Below are positions 40,364-49,979 of a DNA stretch of 64,000 bases, one piece after another. The notes beneath the pieces are model-generated. The model was not told the origin of the DNA. It saw nothing but the letters and a program-made list of their open reading frames with translations, and searched no databases. Origin of the DNA: Polyangiales bacterium (GTDB taxonomy: Bacteria > Myxococcota_A > Polyangia > Polyangiales > Polyangiaceae). The DNA lies in contig JBBRLQ010000010.1 of assembly GCA_038231275.1 (NCBI GenBank), positions 160,001-224,000 on the forward strand. The letters run 5' to 3'. The first letter of the stretch is position 1, and each line of letters opens with the position of its first letter. The position numbers and the translations under genes are program-made.

Positions 40364-42115
40364 TCAGAACGCGAACTCGACGCCGATGGAGGTTCGGTAC
40401 TGCGGGTACGCGAACGGCGCGCCCGTCAAGTGCGGCACGGGCACGGCGATGCCGAGTGCGTCGAAGATGACGTAGACCGCCGAAGAAAGCTTCCACTCGA
40501 CACCGAGCGGCACGAGCCCCGCGAAGATGCCCACGCTCCCGCGCGGCGCGCCGTAGAGATCGATGAGGAGCACGGACGTGCCCAGGCTCGCGGTCGAGCG
40601 GAGGTTCACGGCCTCGAAGCGCAGCGGCGTTCGAAAGATCACCGTGCCGTAGCCGTTGAAGGCGCCCGTGCGGAAGGTGCTCGTGTGGACGCCGTACCAA
40701 CCGTTCACCTCGCCGTCGAGGCCGATCGTCCAGCGGTCCGAGAGCTTGAAACGCACGCCGAGCTGGGGGCTGAGCGCTGGATCGGTGATGCTCCCAGAGA
40801 CGGCGGCGTAGAGGCCGAAGAACGACCTTCGCTCCTTCTCGATCGCGACGATCTCGGACTTTCGCTCGCTCTTCGTCGGGACGCCGACCTTTTCGTCCGG
40901 CTTCGTCGGGTCGGCGATCGTGCCCGGCGCAGGCGTGGTGGGCGCGGTGGATGTCGAATGAGGCGCCGGTTGCGCGTCGGTCGGCGCGTCCGAGCCGCTC
41001 GGCTGCGCGCGCGCGACGCCAGGGAGGGCGAAGAGTCCGAGCGCGGCGACGACCGCGGCCGCGCGACGACGACGCCTGCGCGCGAGAAACATCGCGCCGA
41101 ACGCGAACGAGCCGATCGCGAGCGCCCCGCCCGAGCGCGAGCCGATCGCGGAGCAGCCACAGCCGGCCGCCACCTGGTACTGCCGCTCGGGCGCGTCGCA
41201 CCACCCGTTGTCGAACGTGCAACCCGGCTCGTAGCTGACGTATTTCTCGAGCAGCGCGTCGACCGCGGCGACCTTCGCCGCGCGCGTGAGCTTTGGGTCG
41301 AGGGTCGCCTCGAGGAGATCGACGGACGCCTGCGTGGCGGTGTCGATGTTCTGCGTCTGCAGAGAGTCGAGGTTGTTGCACTGGTCCATGCCGTTGCGAT
41401 GCACCGGCCCGTCGCGCGACTCGACTTCGTTCTTGTTCACGTACTCGATCCAGTTGAGGACGGTGCGTACCTTCATGCGGTCGGGGCTCCGAAAGGTGTG
41501 GGAAAAGCTGTCCTGGAGCGTGTGCATCGCTTTGCCTATTTCCAGCCAGAAGGTGGGGAGCGACGCGGTGACGGAGCCGCGGAGCTCCAGGCTGACGTCG
41601 ACGTTCGAGCGGTGCCCCGGGTCGGGGATGCCGCTCGCGTCGAGCCCGTCGAGCGCGGCAGCCACGCGCTCGCGGATGAAGGCCTTGCAGTCCTCGAGCG
41701 CGCGCGGGCTGCCGGTCGGCTCGTCCTCGTCGATGGCGCGGAGGCAGTGCTCGCGTTGGCCCGCAGGATTCCCGTGGATCTCAGCGAGCTGATCGACCTG
41801 AGTGGGGCCGCGCCCCTTCAGATCGTTGTCGCGTACGCCGATCGTGAGCGTCGCGCCGGTCAGGTCCTTCATGTCGCCGTCGAGCGAGTAGGGGACGTCT
41901 TTGATGAGCCCGGTGTCGCCGGTGTCCGCGGCGATGGCGGCCGCGGGGATGGGAAGCTTGGTGCGCACCGCGCGCAGCGCAGTCATCGCGATGCGCTCGT
42001 GGCAACCCACGGAGATGGCGCTCTCGTACGAGTACGCCCCCGCGGGCGACGCTGCCGCGAATACCAGCGCCGTCGTAGCCGCCCCTGCCGTCAGGATCCG
42101 TCGCTTCCGTGTCAT
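40364..42115 (-). CDS. Secreted Zn-dependent PLC/Het-C-like domain + internal MYXO-CTERM + second signal peptide + C-terminal beta-barrel
   Basis: Signal ...PAGA; GCHERI; GKAMHTLQDSFSH; GCGCS..TM..RRRRRR; AAAVVAALGLFALPGVARA-Q; amphipathic strands ending SIGVEFAF. Confidence 0.7.
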   Translation of the reverse strand: MTRKRRILTAGAATTALVFAAASPAGAYSYESAISVGCHERIAMTALRAVRTKLPIPAAAIAADTGDTGLIKDVPYSLDGDMKDLTGATLTIGVRDNDLKGRGPTQVDQLAEIHGNPAGQREHCLRAIDEDEPTGSPRALEDCKAFIRERVAAALDGLDASGIPDPGHRSNVDVSLELRGSVTASLPTFWLEIGKAMHTLQDSFSHTFRSPDRMKVRTVLNWIEYVNKNEVESRDGPVHRNGMDQCNNLDSLQTQNIDTATQASVDLLEATLDPKLTRAAKVAAVDALLEKYVSYEPGCTFDNGWCDAPERQYQVAAGCGCSAIGSRSGGALAIGSFAFGAMFLARRRRRRAAAVVAALGLFALPGVARAQPSGSDAPTDAQPAPHSTSTAPTTPAPGTIADPTKPDEKVGVPTKSERKSEIVAIEKERRSFFGLYAAVSGSITDPALSPQLGVRFKLSDRWTIGLDGEVNGWYGVHTSTFRTGAFNGYGTVIFRTPLRFEAVNLRSTASLGTSVLLIDLYGAPRGSVGIFAGLVPLGVEWKLSSAVYVIFDALGIAVPVPHLTGAPFAYPQYRTSIGVEFAF

Positions 42116-42132
42116 GCCCGCGCTCACTTTCT

Positions 42133-43416
42133 TCAATCCCCGCTCACGTGATGAGAGACGGCGTAGGCCGGCGCCGCGCCGGGTACGGCGGCAGGCGCCG
42201 TGGTCGCCGCGTGCCCGCGGCAGTGCTCGAGGTACGCCCCCTCGTGAAGAGCCACGAGATCGACGACCGCCGCCCAGAGCCATGCCGGCGCGGTAGAGCG
42301 CGGCGCATGCTCGCGGCGAAATGCCTCGAGCCACTCTGCGCACTGCGCCGACGTCAGCTGTTGCGCGTGCGCGATCGCGATGACCGAGCCGAGGCACGTG
42401 CTGACGTCGTCGACGTCGGCGTCGGCCATCGCGTCGAGCTCGAACTTGATGTCCTGCGGCAAGAGCTCGCGGACGAAGACCGGCTTTTTCATCACGGTCG
42501 CGGCGATCATGCGCGTGCCGAGGTACGGGGAGAGCGCGCGCGCTCCCGCCACGACGCGCTCTCCGTCGTGCGACGGCAGGGTGGCGCCCCTTCCGCGCGG
42601 CGCGAGCGGCTTCCGTCCCTGCTTCACGTCGACGAGCGCCAACGTGCCGCCCCTTTTTCCCTTGACGTGGCCTCCGACGCGCACGAGCACGGCGACGCGC
42701 CAAAGCCCGAGCGAGCTGCACCCCTTCACCCAGTACGCGGCGTCGACGAACGTGACCGGGTCGTGATTCTTGCGGCTGGTCAAGCTCGTGACGAGCTTGC
42801 GGAAGCGCGGTTTTTCGACCAGTTTTGCGATCGCCGCGTGCTCCTCGTCGGTGAGCGGCCAGAATTTCTTGCCGATGGGAATGGCGCTCGCGCCGTCGCC
42901 GACGCGCTCGCTCAGGAGGTCCTTGCGCGTGCGGTTGCCTGCTGCGCGGAGGAGGCGCGTCACCTGGACGGGTGGGGGCCTCGTCACGAATTTGCGCCGA
43001 GCCGCCTTGGCCTCGAGGACGGTCTCGTACCCGCGCGCGATTTTCTCGACCGCGCGGAGTGTCGTCGCGCCCGGGAGCCCCGAAGCGCGCACCGCCATCG
43101 CCATCGAGAGCGCGAGGCGCACGACGTCGTGCGCGGGCGATCCCACCACGGTCTGATCAAAATCCCGGAGCTGGAGCTCGATGGCGCCGTCGATGCGCCC
43201 CACCGCTCCCATGTTACCGAGGTGAGAGTCGCCGCTGATCCAGATGATCGGCGCCTTCGGCAACGACGCGCCGCGGCTGCTCTCGAGCCACTCGTAGAAC
43301 CGCTTGGTCGAGCCGCGGACGTACGCGTGCGCGCTCGACGTCATCTTCGCCTCGCGTCGAGCGTGGAGCAGCGGCGCGCGCTCCTCGGGCGAAATGGGGA
43401 CTCGAAAGTTGGTCAT
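42133..43416 (-). CDS. DUF2252-family protein (kinase-like fold)
   Basis: KMTSSAHAYVRGS; WISGDSHLGNMG; LRDFDQT; VKGCSSLG; GERVVAGARALSP; VFVRELLPQD. Confidence 0.85.
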   Translation of the reverse strand: MTNFRVPISPEERAPLLHARREAKMTSSAHAYVRGSTKRFYEWLESSRGASLPKAPIIWISGDSHLGNMGAVGRIDGAIELQLRDFDQTVVGSPAHDVVRLALSMAMAVRASGLPGATTLRAVEKIARGYETVLEAKAARRKFVTRPPPVQVTRLLRAAGNRTRKDLLSERVGDGASAIPIGKKFWPLTDEEHAAIAKLVEKPRFRKLVTSLTSRKNHDPVTFVDAAYWVKGCSSLGLWRVAVLVRVGGHVKGKRGGTLALVDVKQGRKPLAPRGRGATLPSHDGERVVAGARALSPYLGTRMIAATVMKKPVFVRELLPQDIKFELDAMADADVDDVSTCLGSVIAIAHAQQLTSAQCAEWLEAFRREHAPRSTAPAWLWAAVVDLVALHEGAYLEHCRGHAATTAPAAVPGAAPAYAVSHHVSGD

Positions 43417-43429
43417 GGCAGGCTAAGTC

Positions 43430-44842
43430 TCACGCCGCCACGGTCGAGGGGCGCGACGAGTGGTTGTCCGCAGCAGGCGGCGTCGAGCGCGGTCCCGCTT
43501 CGGCGCGCGCGCGATGCAGGACCCCGATCCTCCAGATGACGAGGAGCCACCCGACGACGAGCACGAGGTTCACGGCGATGAAGTGCACGGTCGCGAAGCC
43601 GAGCGCAGTGCCGACCATCGTGATCCCGGCCGACAGAAAGTCGCCGCAGCGGACGATGAACGCGTCGATGACGCTCTTCGCCTTGTACTTCTCGTCGCGC
43701 GACGTCGGAAGCCACAGGGCCTGGCGCGCGGTGTTCTGGAGTGAATAATCGAGCGTATTTTCCGAGATTTTTACCGCGAAGATGATCCCGAGGAGCGGAA
43801 AGAAGAGCGCCGTGCCGTACCCCAGGAGCGAAATCGCCGGCGCGACGAACAGCGCGACGCGTACGCCCGCGTACTTGATGATGCGCGACACCGCGAAGAG
43901 CTGGAGCACGACCGTCGCGGCGTTGACGATGAGGAAGTAGTTCGCCTTGAACTCGCCGATGTACTCCTCGCGAAACGTGTGGGCGTCGGCGCCGGCCGGG
44001 AGGATGTCCTTGACGTGCTGGACGAGCGTGCGGTCCAAGATGTACTCGCCGTTCGTGTTCGCACAGTTGAGGAGGAAGGCGAGCCCGGCGAGCAGCAAGA
44101 GGTAGCGATCGGCCAGGAGGAGCGCGAAGCCGCCCTTCTTGCCGAGCGGGGCGTCCGAGTCGGGCGTGGCGTCCTTCGCCTCGGCCCCTGCAGCCCCTGC
44201 GACCGGGCGCGCGTGCGTCTCGCGCGCGTGGACGACGCGGAGCACCAGCATTGACGCGACCAGGAACGCCGCCGCCGCGAGCATGAGCCCGTAGATGCCG
44301 ATCGGGTGGATCAGCCTACGCGAGAGCAGGGCGCCGAAGACCGCCCCGACCGTGCTCCCGATGCCGAGGATGGCGAAGAGCCGCTTCCCCTGCGCGTCCG
44401 TGTACACGTCGGCCGCGAAGCTCCAGAACTGCGCGACGATCATCACGTTGAAGACGCCGACCCACAAGAAGAACGGAATCCCGATCTTCACGTGCGCCGC
44501 GTGCAGGCCGAAGAAGACGAACAGGTTCGACGCGAAGACGAGGGTGACGGCGGTGATGAGCCGCATGCGGCCCATGCGCTGCGCGACCTTGCCGTAGAGG
44601 AACGTGACGGGGATGAGCAGCAGGGCTTGCCCCGCCGACGAGTAGCTCTTTAGCTCCGCGCCGCTCTCCAAGATGAGCGGCTCGCGTGCCGTCTTGAGCA
44701 AGTAGTACGACGTCAGCAAGAGGAAGACGCTGACGGTCATCAGCAGCGCGGAGACGCCCTCGCCGGGCTGCGTATCTGCGAAGAGGCTGAGCACGCGCTC
44801 GAGGGGGCTCTTCTTCTTCGCGGGTTCTTGGTCGCTCGGCAT
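43430..44842 (-). CDS. NTT/TLC-family (Npt1/Npt2-like) nucleotide translocase, MFS fold
   Basis: YYLLKTAREPLIL; QFWSFAADVY...GKRLF; ENTLDYSLQNTARQALWLPTSRDEKYKAKSVID..IVRCGD; about 12 TM. Confidence 0.88.
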   Translation of the reverse strand: MPSDQEPAKKKSPLERVLSLFADTQPGEGVSALLMTVSVFLLLTSYYLLKTAREPLILESGAELKSYSSAGQALLLIPVTFLYGKVAQRMGRMRLITAVTLVFASNLFVFFGLHAAHVKIGIPFFLWVGVFNVMIVAQFWSFAADVYTDAQGKRLFAILGIGSTVGAVFGALLSRRLIHPIGIYGLMLAAAAFLVASMLVLRVVHARETHARPVAGAAGAEAKDATPDSDAPLGKKGGFALLLADRYLLLLAGLAFLLNCANTNGEYILDRTLVQHVKDILPAGADAHTFREEYIGEFKANYFLIVNAATVVLQLFAVSRIIKYAGVRVALFVAPAISLLGYGTALFFPLLGIIFAVKISENTLDYSLQNTARQALWLPTSRDEKYKAKSVIDAFIVRCGDFLSAGITMVGTALGFATVHFIAVNLVLVVGWLLVIWRIGVLHRARAEAGPRSTPPAADNHSSRPSTVAA

Positions 44843-44857
44843 CTCGCGCGAGTCAAA

Positions 44858-44872
44858 GCAGCTTCCGCGCCA
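44858..44872 (-). promoter_or_regulatory. Putative sigma-54 promoter (NTT operon)
   Basis: Minus strand TGGCGCGGAAGCTGC. Confidence 0.6.
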
Positions 44873-44895
44873 CGGTCCCGCCGTCGGCCGATTCC

Positions 44896-44910
44896 CGGCA
44901 CGTGCCGTGC
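44896..44910 (+). promoter_or_regulatory. Putative sigma-54 promoter (Omp85-kinase operon)
   Basis: CGGCACGTGCCGTGC. Confidence 0.6.
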
Positions 44911-45029
44911 TGAAGGGCGATGCACGCGCCCGGTGGGGTGCGTTTGACGGGCTCCCGCCGGCATCGGCGCCACACACGCACACGAAACCCACACGCCAAA
45001 TGCCCTTATTTTCCCTCCCGACTCGCCAC

Positions 45030-46460
45030 ATGCGCAAAATTTGTCGATCTGTGGCGGTCCTGTGCGCGCTGCTCGCGCCCGCCGCGGCACGCGCGGAGGA
45101 CGAAGAACCGCACGAGGACGTCGAAGAAGAGTCGCCCCCGACAGAGCCTCTAGATAAGGATGCGAAGGATGCGCCGCCTGTCGCGACGATCACCGCGAAG
45201 CGGCCCGTGCCCGACTACGACGGCAGGGGTGACGAACCGACGACGACGGGTGACGTGCTCTTGTGGGTGCCGCGCATCCTGGTGCTGCCCATCTACCTGG
45301 CGACCGAGTACCTGATCCGACGGCCCTTCGGCGCCATCCTCACCGCGATCGAGGCGAATCGCATCGTCCAGCGCACCCTCTTTTTCATCACGTTCGGCGG
45401 CAACAAGAACATCGGCCTCGTCCCGACCTTCTTCGTCGACTTCGGCGTCCTGCCCAGCGTCGGCGGGTACTTCTTTTGGGACGACGCGCTCTTCAAGCAC
45501 AACCACGTGCGCGTGCACGCAGGGACGTGGGGGCCCGACTGGCTCAGCCTCTCGGTCGCCGATCGCATCGACGTCGGCGACCGCTCGACGATGTCCCTCC
45601 GCGGCTCGTGGTCCAAGCGCGCCGACTACCCGTTCTTCGGACTCGGGCCGGACTCCAAGCAGGAGAACGAGTCGCGGTACCGGGCGACGATGCTCGACGT
45701 CGGGCCGGCGTACGATCTGCGCGTCACGCCGCACGTGAGCTTCGCCGCGGCGGTCGGAGTTCGCGACACGTCGTTCGCCGAGGGGAGTTGCTGCGGCGAC
45801 CCCACGGTTCAAGAGCGGGTGCGCGCGGGACAACTCACGCTGCCGCCGCGCTTCCTCGACGGCTACACGCTCGGCTACCAGAGCGCCTCCGTCGCGTTCG
45901 ACACGCGCAACCCGCGGCCCGCGTCGCAGAGCGGTGTGCGCGTCGTGCTCGACGGTCAGCCCGCGTTCGACTTCTCACGAAAGCCTGGAAATTCATGGGT
46001 TCGGTACGGCGCGACGGCCGGCGGATTCTGGGACGTGACCGGGAAGGCGCGCGTCTTGAGCCTCACCTTCGCAAGCATGTTCGTCGATCCGCTCTCGGGC
46101 TCGGGGAGCGACATCCCGTTCAACGAGCAGGTGTCCCTCGGCGGCACCAACTTCATGCGCGGCTTCCTGCCGGGACGCATGATCGATCGCAGCGCCGCCG
46201 TCGCGACCGTCGCCTACCAGTGGCCCATCTGGGTCTTCCTCGACGGGACGATGCACGTGGCCACCGGCAACGTCTTCGGCGCCGGCCTCCAGGGCTTGGA
46301 GCCCGGCAAGCTGCGGCTCTCGTCCGGCATCGGGCTTCGCACCAACTCGTCGCCGGATCATCAGTTCGAGATCTTGGCGGGCTTCGGAACCGACACGTTC
46401 GACAACGGCGCGAAGGTCAACTCCTTCCGCCTCGCCTTCGGAGCAACCCGTGGATTCTAA
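45030..46460 (+). CDS. Omp85/BamA-TamA-family beta-barrel without recognisable POTRA domains
   Basis: Signal ...AARA; FDTRN; LGGTNFMRGF (VRGF-like L6 motif); SSGIGLR; C-terminal Phe. Confidence 0.8.
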   Translation: MRKICRSVAVLCALLAPAAARAEDEEPHEDVEEESPPTEPLDKDAKDAPPVATITAKRPVPDYDGRGDEPTTTGDVLLWVPRILVLPIYLATEYLIRRPFGAILTAIEANRIVQRTLFFITFGGNKNIGLVPTFFVDFGVLPSVGGYFFWDDALFKHNHVRVHAGTWGPDWLSLSVADRIDVGDRSTMSLRGSWSKRADYPFFGLGPDSKQENESRYRATMLDVGPAYDLRVTPHVSFAAAVGVRDTSFAEGSCCGDPTVQERVRAGQLTLPPRFLDGYTLGYQSASVAFDTRNPRPASQSGVRVVLDGQPAFDFSRKPGNSWVRYGATAGGFWDVTGKARVLSLTFASMFVDPLSGSGSDIPFNEQVSLGGTNFMRGFLPGRMIDRSAAVATVAYQWPIWVFLDGTMHVATGNVFGAGLQGLEPGKLRLSSGIGLRTNSSPDHQFEILAGFGTDTFDNGAKVNSFRLAFGATRGF

Positions 46461-48204
46461 GACGCTCCTCTCACAGACGGCCCTCCTCGCGGCGGCGTAC
46501 GTGCTCGTCGGCTGCTCCTCCGGGAGCGTTCGGCGATATCCGCTCCGCGATGTTCTCTCGGTCGACGACGACACCCGCCCGTACGCGGTCGATTGCCGCA
46601 TGGTCCAGAAGGACAAGAAGAAAAAGCCGCACCCGGTGTGCACGCCGGAGGAGTACGAGTCGCCGTTCGTTTGGGACGGCATCAACAACATGACCCTCCG
46701 GCCGATTGCCCGCTTCTTCGCGGTCGACCCCGGCGGCGAGTCGGTGAACGTGAACGCCGTCGACGAGGTCCCCGACTCGAGCTGGTTCACGAATCGAATC
46801 GGCGTGCACCCGATGACCCCTCACGAGGTCGGAGAGGGGGCGTGCGACGAAAAGCGCCTCGACGTCGACGGCCCCGACGGGTCATGGGTCATCGATCAAG
46901 GCAAGGAGAACGGCGCAAATCCGGGCTTTCGCGTGAACGTTCCGGGGGTCGGCAAATTCCTCCTCAAGGCCGACGAGACCGATCACCCCGAGCGCGCGAC
47001 CGGCGCCACCGCGATCGCGACGCGCTTCTACAATGCGGCCGGGTACTGGACCGGCTGCGACACGGTGCTCTACGTGCGCCGCTCGATCCTGGCGCTGACG
47101 CCGGGGCTCAAGTACAGCGACAACACCGGCGTCTCGCGCAAGTTCGGCACCAAGCAGCTCGAGAAGGTGCTCTCGGGCGCCGCGCGGCACGGCGAGCTCT
47201 ATCGGCTCGTCGCCTCGAAGTGGCTGCCGGGCGCGACGCTCGGGCCGTTCCGCTACGAGGGCACGCTCAAGGAGGATCCGAACGACGTCGTGGCCCACGA
47301 GGACCGTCGCGAGCTCCGCGGGCAGCGACTCCTCGCGGCGTGGCTCAACCACTTCGACTCGCGCGAGCAGAACTCGATGAACACGTGGGTCGCGGTGAAC
47401 GCGAAGAAGCCGGACTCCTCGCCCGGCTACATCCGCCACTGGATCATCGATCTCAACGATTGCTTCGGCAGCGAGTGGGCGTGGGATGGGCTGTCGAAGC
47501 GCATCAACTTCTCCTACTACTTCGACGGCGGCGACATCCTCCAGGACTTCGTGACGCTCGGCATCCCCGAACGGCCGTGGGACAAGATCCAGCGCAGCGA
47601 AGAGGGGGACATCTTCGGGTACTTCGAGGCGGAGCAGTTCGAGGCGGAAGGCTGGAAGCCCGGCTACCAAAACCCCGCTTTTTCTCGGATGTCCGAGCGC
47701 GACGGGGCGTGGATGGCGCGCATCCTCGCGCGCTTCTCGCCGGCTCACGTCGAGGCCGCGGTCGGCGTCGGAAAGTACACGCAGCCCAAGCATCGCGACT
47801 ACCTCGTGCGGACGCTGCTGGCGCGGCAGCACAAGATCCTCGTCCGCTATTTCTCCAAGGTTTCGCCGCTCGCCGACCTCGCGGTGAAGGGGGCGGAGCT
47901 GTGCGCGACGGATCTCGCACGCGCGACGGAGACGTTTCCGGCCTCGGCGTTCCGCTACACGGCGACGTGGCGCTGGGGAGAGTCGCTCGAGCACATCGCG
48001 AGCATGGGAGTGCGGGCGGAGGAAGGCGGGCGGGTGTGCGTGCAGCTTCCCCGTCTCGGAGCCGACGGCGTCGCGGCCGACGACGCGGGAAGCCGCTACG
48101 TGGAGGTCGAGCTGCGCAACGGTCAATCGGAGCGCCCGATCCGCGCGTACCTCTACGATCTCGGACCGACGCGCGGCCATCGCCTCGTGGGGGTCGAGCG
48201 ATGA
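46450..48204 (+). CDS. Lipoprotein with putative atypical (HipA/PI3K-like) kinase fold
   Basis: Lipobox LVGC; GKENGANPGF; KFLLKAD; ATRFYNAAGY; AAWLNHFDSREQN; WIIDLNDCFG; overlaps both neighbours. Confidence 0.6.
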   Translation: MDSKTLLSQTALLAAAYVLVGCSSGSVRRYPLRDVLSVDDDTRPYAVDCRMVQKDKKKKPHPVCTPEEYESPFVWDGINNMTLRPIARFFAVDPGGESVNVNAVDEVPDSSWFTNRIGVHPMTPHEVGEGACDEKRLDVDGPDGSWVIDQGKENGANPGFRVNVPGVGKFLLKADETDHPERATGATAIATRFYNAAGYWTGCDTVLYVRRSILALTPGLKYSDNTGVSRKFGTKQLEKVLSGAARHGELYRLVASKWLPGATLGPFRYEGTLKEDPNDVVAHEDRRELRGQRLLAAWLNHFDSREQNSMNTWVAVNAKKPDSSPGYIRHWIIDLNDCFGSEWAWDGLSKRINFSYYFDGGDILQDFVTLGIPERPWDKIQRSEEGDIFGYFEAEQFEAEGWKPGYQNPAFSRMSERDGAWMARILARFSPAHVEAAVGVGKYTQPKHRDYLVRTLLARQHKILVRYFSKVSPLADLAVKGAELCATDLARATETFPASAFRYTATWRWGESLEHIASMGVRAEEGGRVCVQLPRLGADGVAADDAGSRYVEVELRNGQSERPIRAYLYDLGPTRGHRLVGVER

Positions 48205-49115
48205 GGGCCTCGGTCGTCCTCTCCGGCCTCGTCGCCTTCGCCGCGCTCGGCACCTCGCCGTCGCCCGCGCGCGCCGATCAGCAGAAGGAGGTGAAGTGGA
48301 GCGACGACTGGCCACGCGTCCACATCCTCGAGGTCGCCGACATCGCCGCGCTGACCGTCGGCTCGATCCTCATCAACGGCACGCCGACCTCCGACCACGC
48401 GAAGTGGAGCAAGCCCATCCTCTTCGACAACGCCGCTCGCAATTTCTTCAAGTCGAACAACGCGCACACGCAGGAGCTCGCGGGAAACTGGAGCGACGAC
48501 CTCTACCACGGCATGGTGATCGCTCCGTACCTCATCGACAACTACATCGTCGCGCTCGGCGTGCACCAGAACGCCGACGTCGCGCTGCAGATGACGCTCA
48601 TCGACCTCCAGTCGCTCGGCCTGAGCGGCGTGATGAGCCTCGGCGCCGAGCACGCCGTCGGTCGCGCGCGCCCGTACGTCCAGGACTGCGCGACCCCGAC
48701 GTCGGCGGACAAGGTCGGCTTCAATCACTGCGGCACCCCCGGCGACTTCGAGAGCTTCTACAGTGGCCACGCCGCCGCCACGTTCACGATGGCGGGGCTC
48801 ACGTGCGCGCACCACCAGCACTTGCCGCTCTGGGGCGGCGGGTTCGCCGACGCGATCGCGTGCTTCGGCATGGTCGGGCTCGCCGCGACCACGAGCGTGC
48901 TGCGAATGATGGTCGATCGTCACTGGGCATCCGACGTCATCACGGGCGTCAGCGTCGGCATCCTCAACGGGTACGTCCTCCCGACGTGGCTCCACTATGG
49001 GTTCGGCAGTTCGAAACCGGTCCCGACCGTCATGAAGACCTCGTTCGGGTACGTCGCGCCGATCCCGCAGGTGTACCCGGGCGGCGGTGGGCTCGGCGTC
49101 GCCGGCTCCTTCTGA
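48201..49115 (+). CDS. PAP2-family phosphatase with signal peptide
   Basis: VGRARP; SFYSGHA; LRMMVDRHWASDV; ends GLGVAGSF; ATGA overlap. Confidence 0.85.
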   Translation: MRASVVLSGLVAFAALGTSPSPARADQQKEVKWSDDWPRVHILEVADIAALTVGSILINGTPTSDHAKWSKPILFDNAARNFFKSNNAHTQELAGNWSDDLYHGMVIAPYLIDNYIVALGVHQNADVALQMTLIDLQSLGLSGVMSLGAEHAVGRARPYVQDCATPTSADKVGFNHCGTPGDFESFYSGHAAATFTMAGLTCAHHQHLPLWGGGFADAIACFGMVGLAATTSVLRMMVDRHWASDVITGVSVGILNGYVLPTWLHYGFGSSKPVPTVMKTSFGYVAPIPQVYPGGGGLGVAGSF

Positions 49116-49133
49116 CGCACGCGCGAGCACGCG

Positions 49134-49175
49134 AAAAAAAAAGCCCGCGCGCGGTCAGGGGGGCCGCGCGCGGGC
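49134..49175 (-). terminator. Intrinsic terminator after the BON gene
   Basis: GCCCGCGCGCGG stem with an A9 run on + (U9 on -). Confidence 0.8.
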
Positions 49176-49199
49176 GTAGAGCGGGATGGAATTCGGCTT

Positions 49200-49859
49200 C
49201 TACTTCGCGATCTCGAGCTGATCGTCGACCTCGGTGACGCCGCCCATCTGCTTCGCGTAGGTCTCGATGATCATCTTCTCCTGCTCGCTCTTCACGGGGC
49301 CGCGCAGGGTCACCTTGGAGCCGACGGTGATGATCTTCACGTTCTTCGCGCCGAACGAAAGCGCCTTGTCGGAGACGACGCGCTTGCGGATCTCCGCGGT
49401 GATCTTGCGCTCGCCCTCGCTCTTGCCCTGATCCATCGGGGTCAGGCTCGCGTCGTGGCGGTCGCGCTGGTTCACGCGGGTGTTGTCGGCGCCCTTGGTG
49501 CCGTCGGTCGGACCAGGATTGTTGGTGACGCCAGGCGCGGCCGGCGGCGTCGCGCCAGGCGGCGGGTTCGCGGGCGCCGTCGTGTCGTTCATCGCCGGCT
49601 TGCTGCCGGTCGTCGCACGGATCCGCGTGCCGGACGTGTCGGTGCTCGGGTAAACCGTCGAGCTCGTCGACGGGTCGTTCATCGGCGTGGACGACGTCAT
49701 GGGCGTGGTCGACGCGGGGCTCGGCGTCACCGGGACCTCGTTCGCCCGCGCCGACGTCGTCTGTGCCTCGTACGAGCTTTGTGCAGGCTTGTCGGAGCTA
49801 CCGCATGCGACGGCGGCGAGGCTAGACGCACAGAACATCAGGGCGAGTCGCTTGTTCAT
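49200..49859 (-). CDS. BON-domain (OsmY-like) lipoprotein
   Basis: Lipobox AVAC; ADNTRVNQRDR...LTPMDQG; NVKIIT...VTLRGPVKS...GVTEVDDQL. Confidence 0.88.
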   Translation of the reverse strand: MNKRLALMFCASSLAAVACGSSDKPAQSSYEAQTTSARANEVPVTPSPASTTPMTSSTPMNDPSTSSTVYPSTDTSGTRIRATTGSKPAMNDTTAPANPPPGATPPAAPGVTNNPGPTDGTKGADNTRVNQRDRHDASLTPMDQGKSEGERKITAEIRKRVVSDKALSFGAKNVKIITVGSKVTLRGPVKSEQEKMIIETYAKQMGGVTEVDDQLEIAK

Positions 49860-49903
49860 GAAATCCTCCGAGGATCAGGGTTCGGTTCTATGGCCCGGCA
49901 CGA

Positions 49904-49918
49904 GCAACATGCGCGCCA
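49904..49918 (-). promoter_or_regulatory. Putative sigma-54 promoter
   Basis: Minus strand TGGCGCGCATGTTGC. Confidence 0.65.
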
Positions 49919-49979
49919 TCCCGGTGACCCGTGCGCGCGCGGCGAACGACACTCGCGCTCTCTCTCGCCGAGCGGCCAT

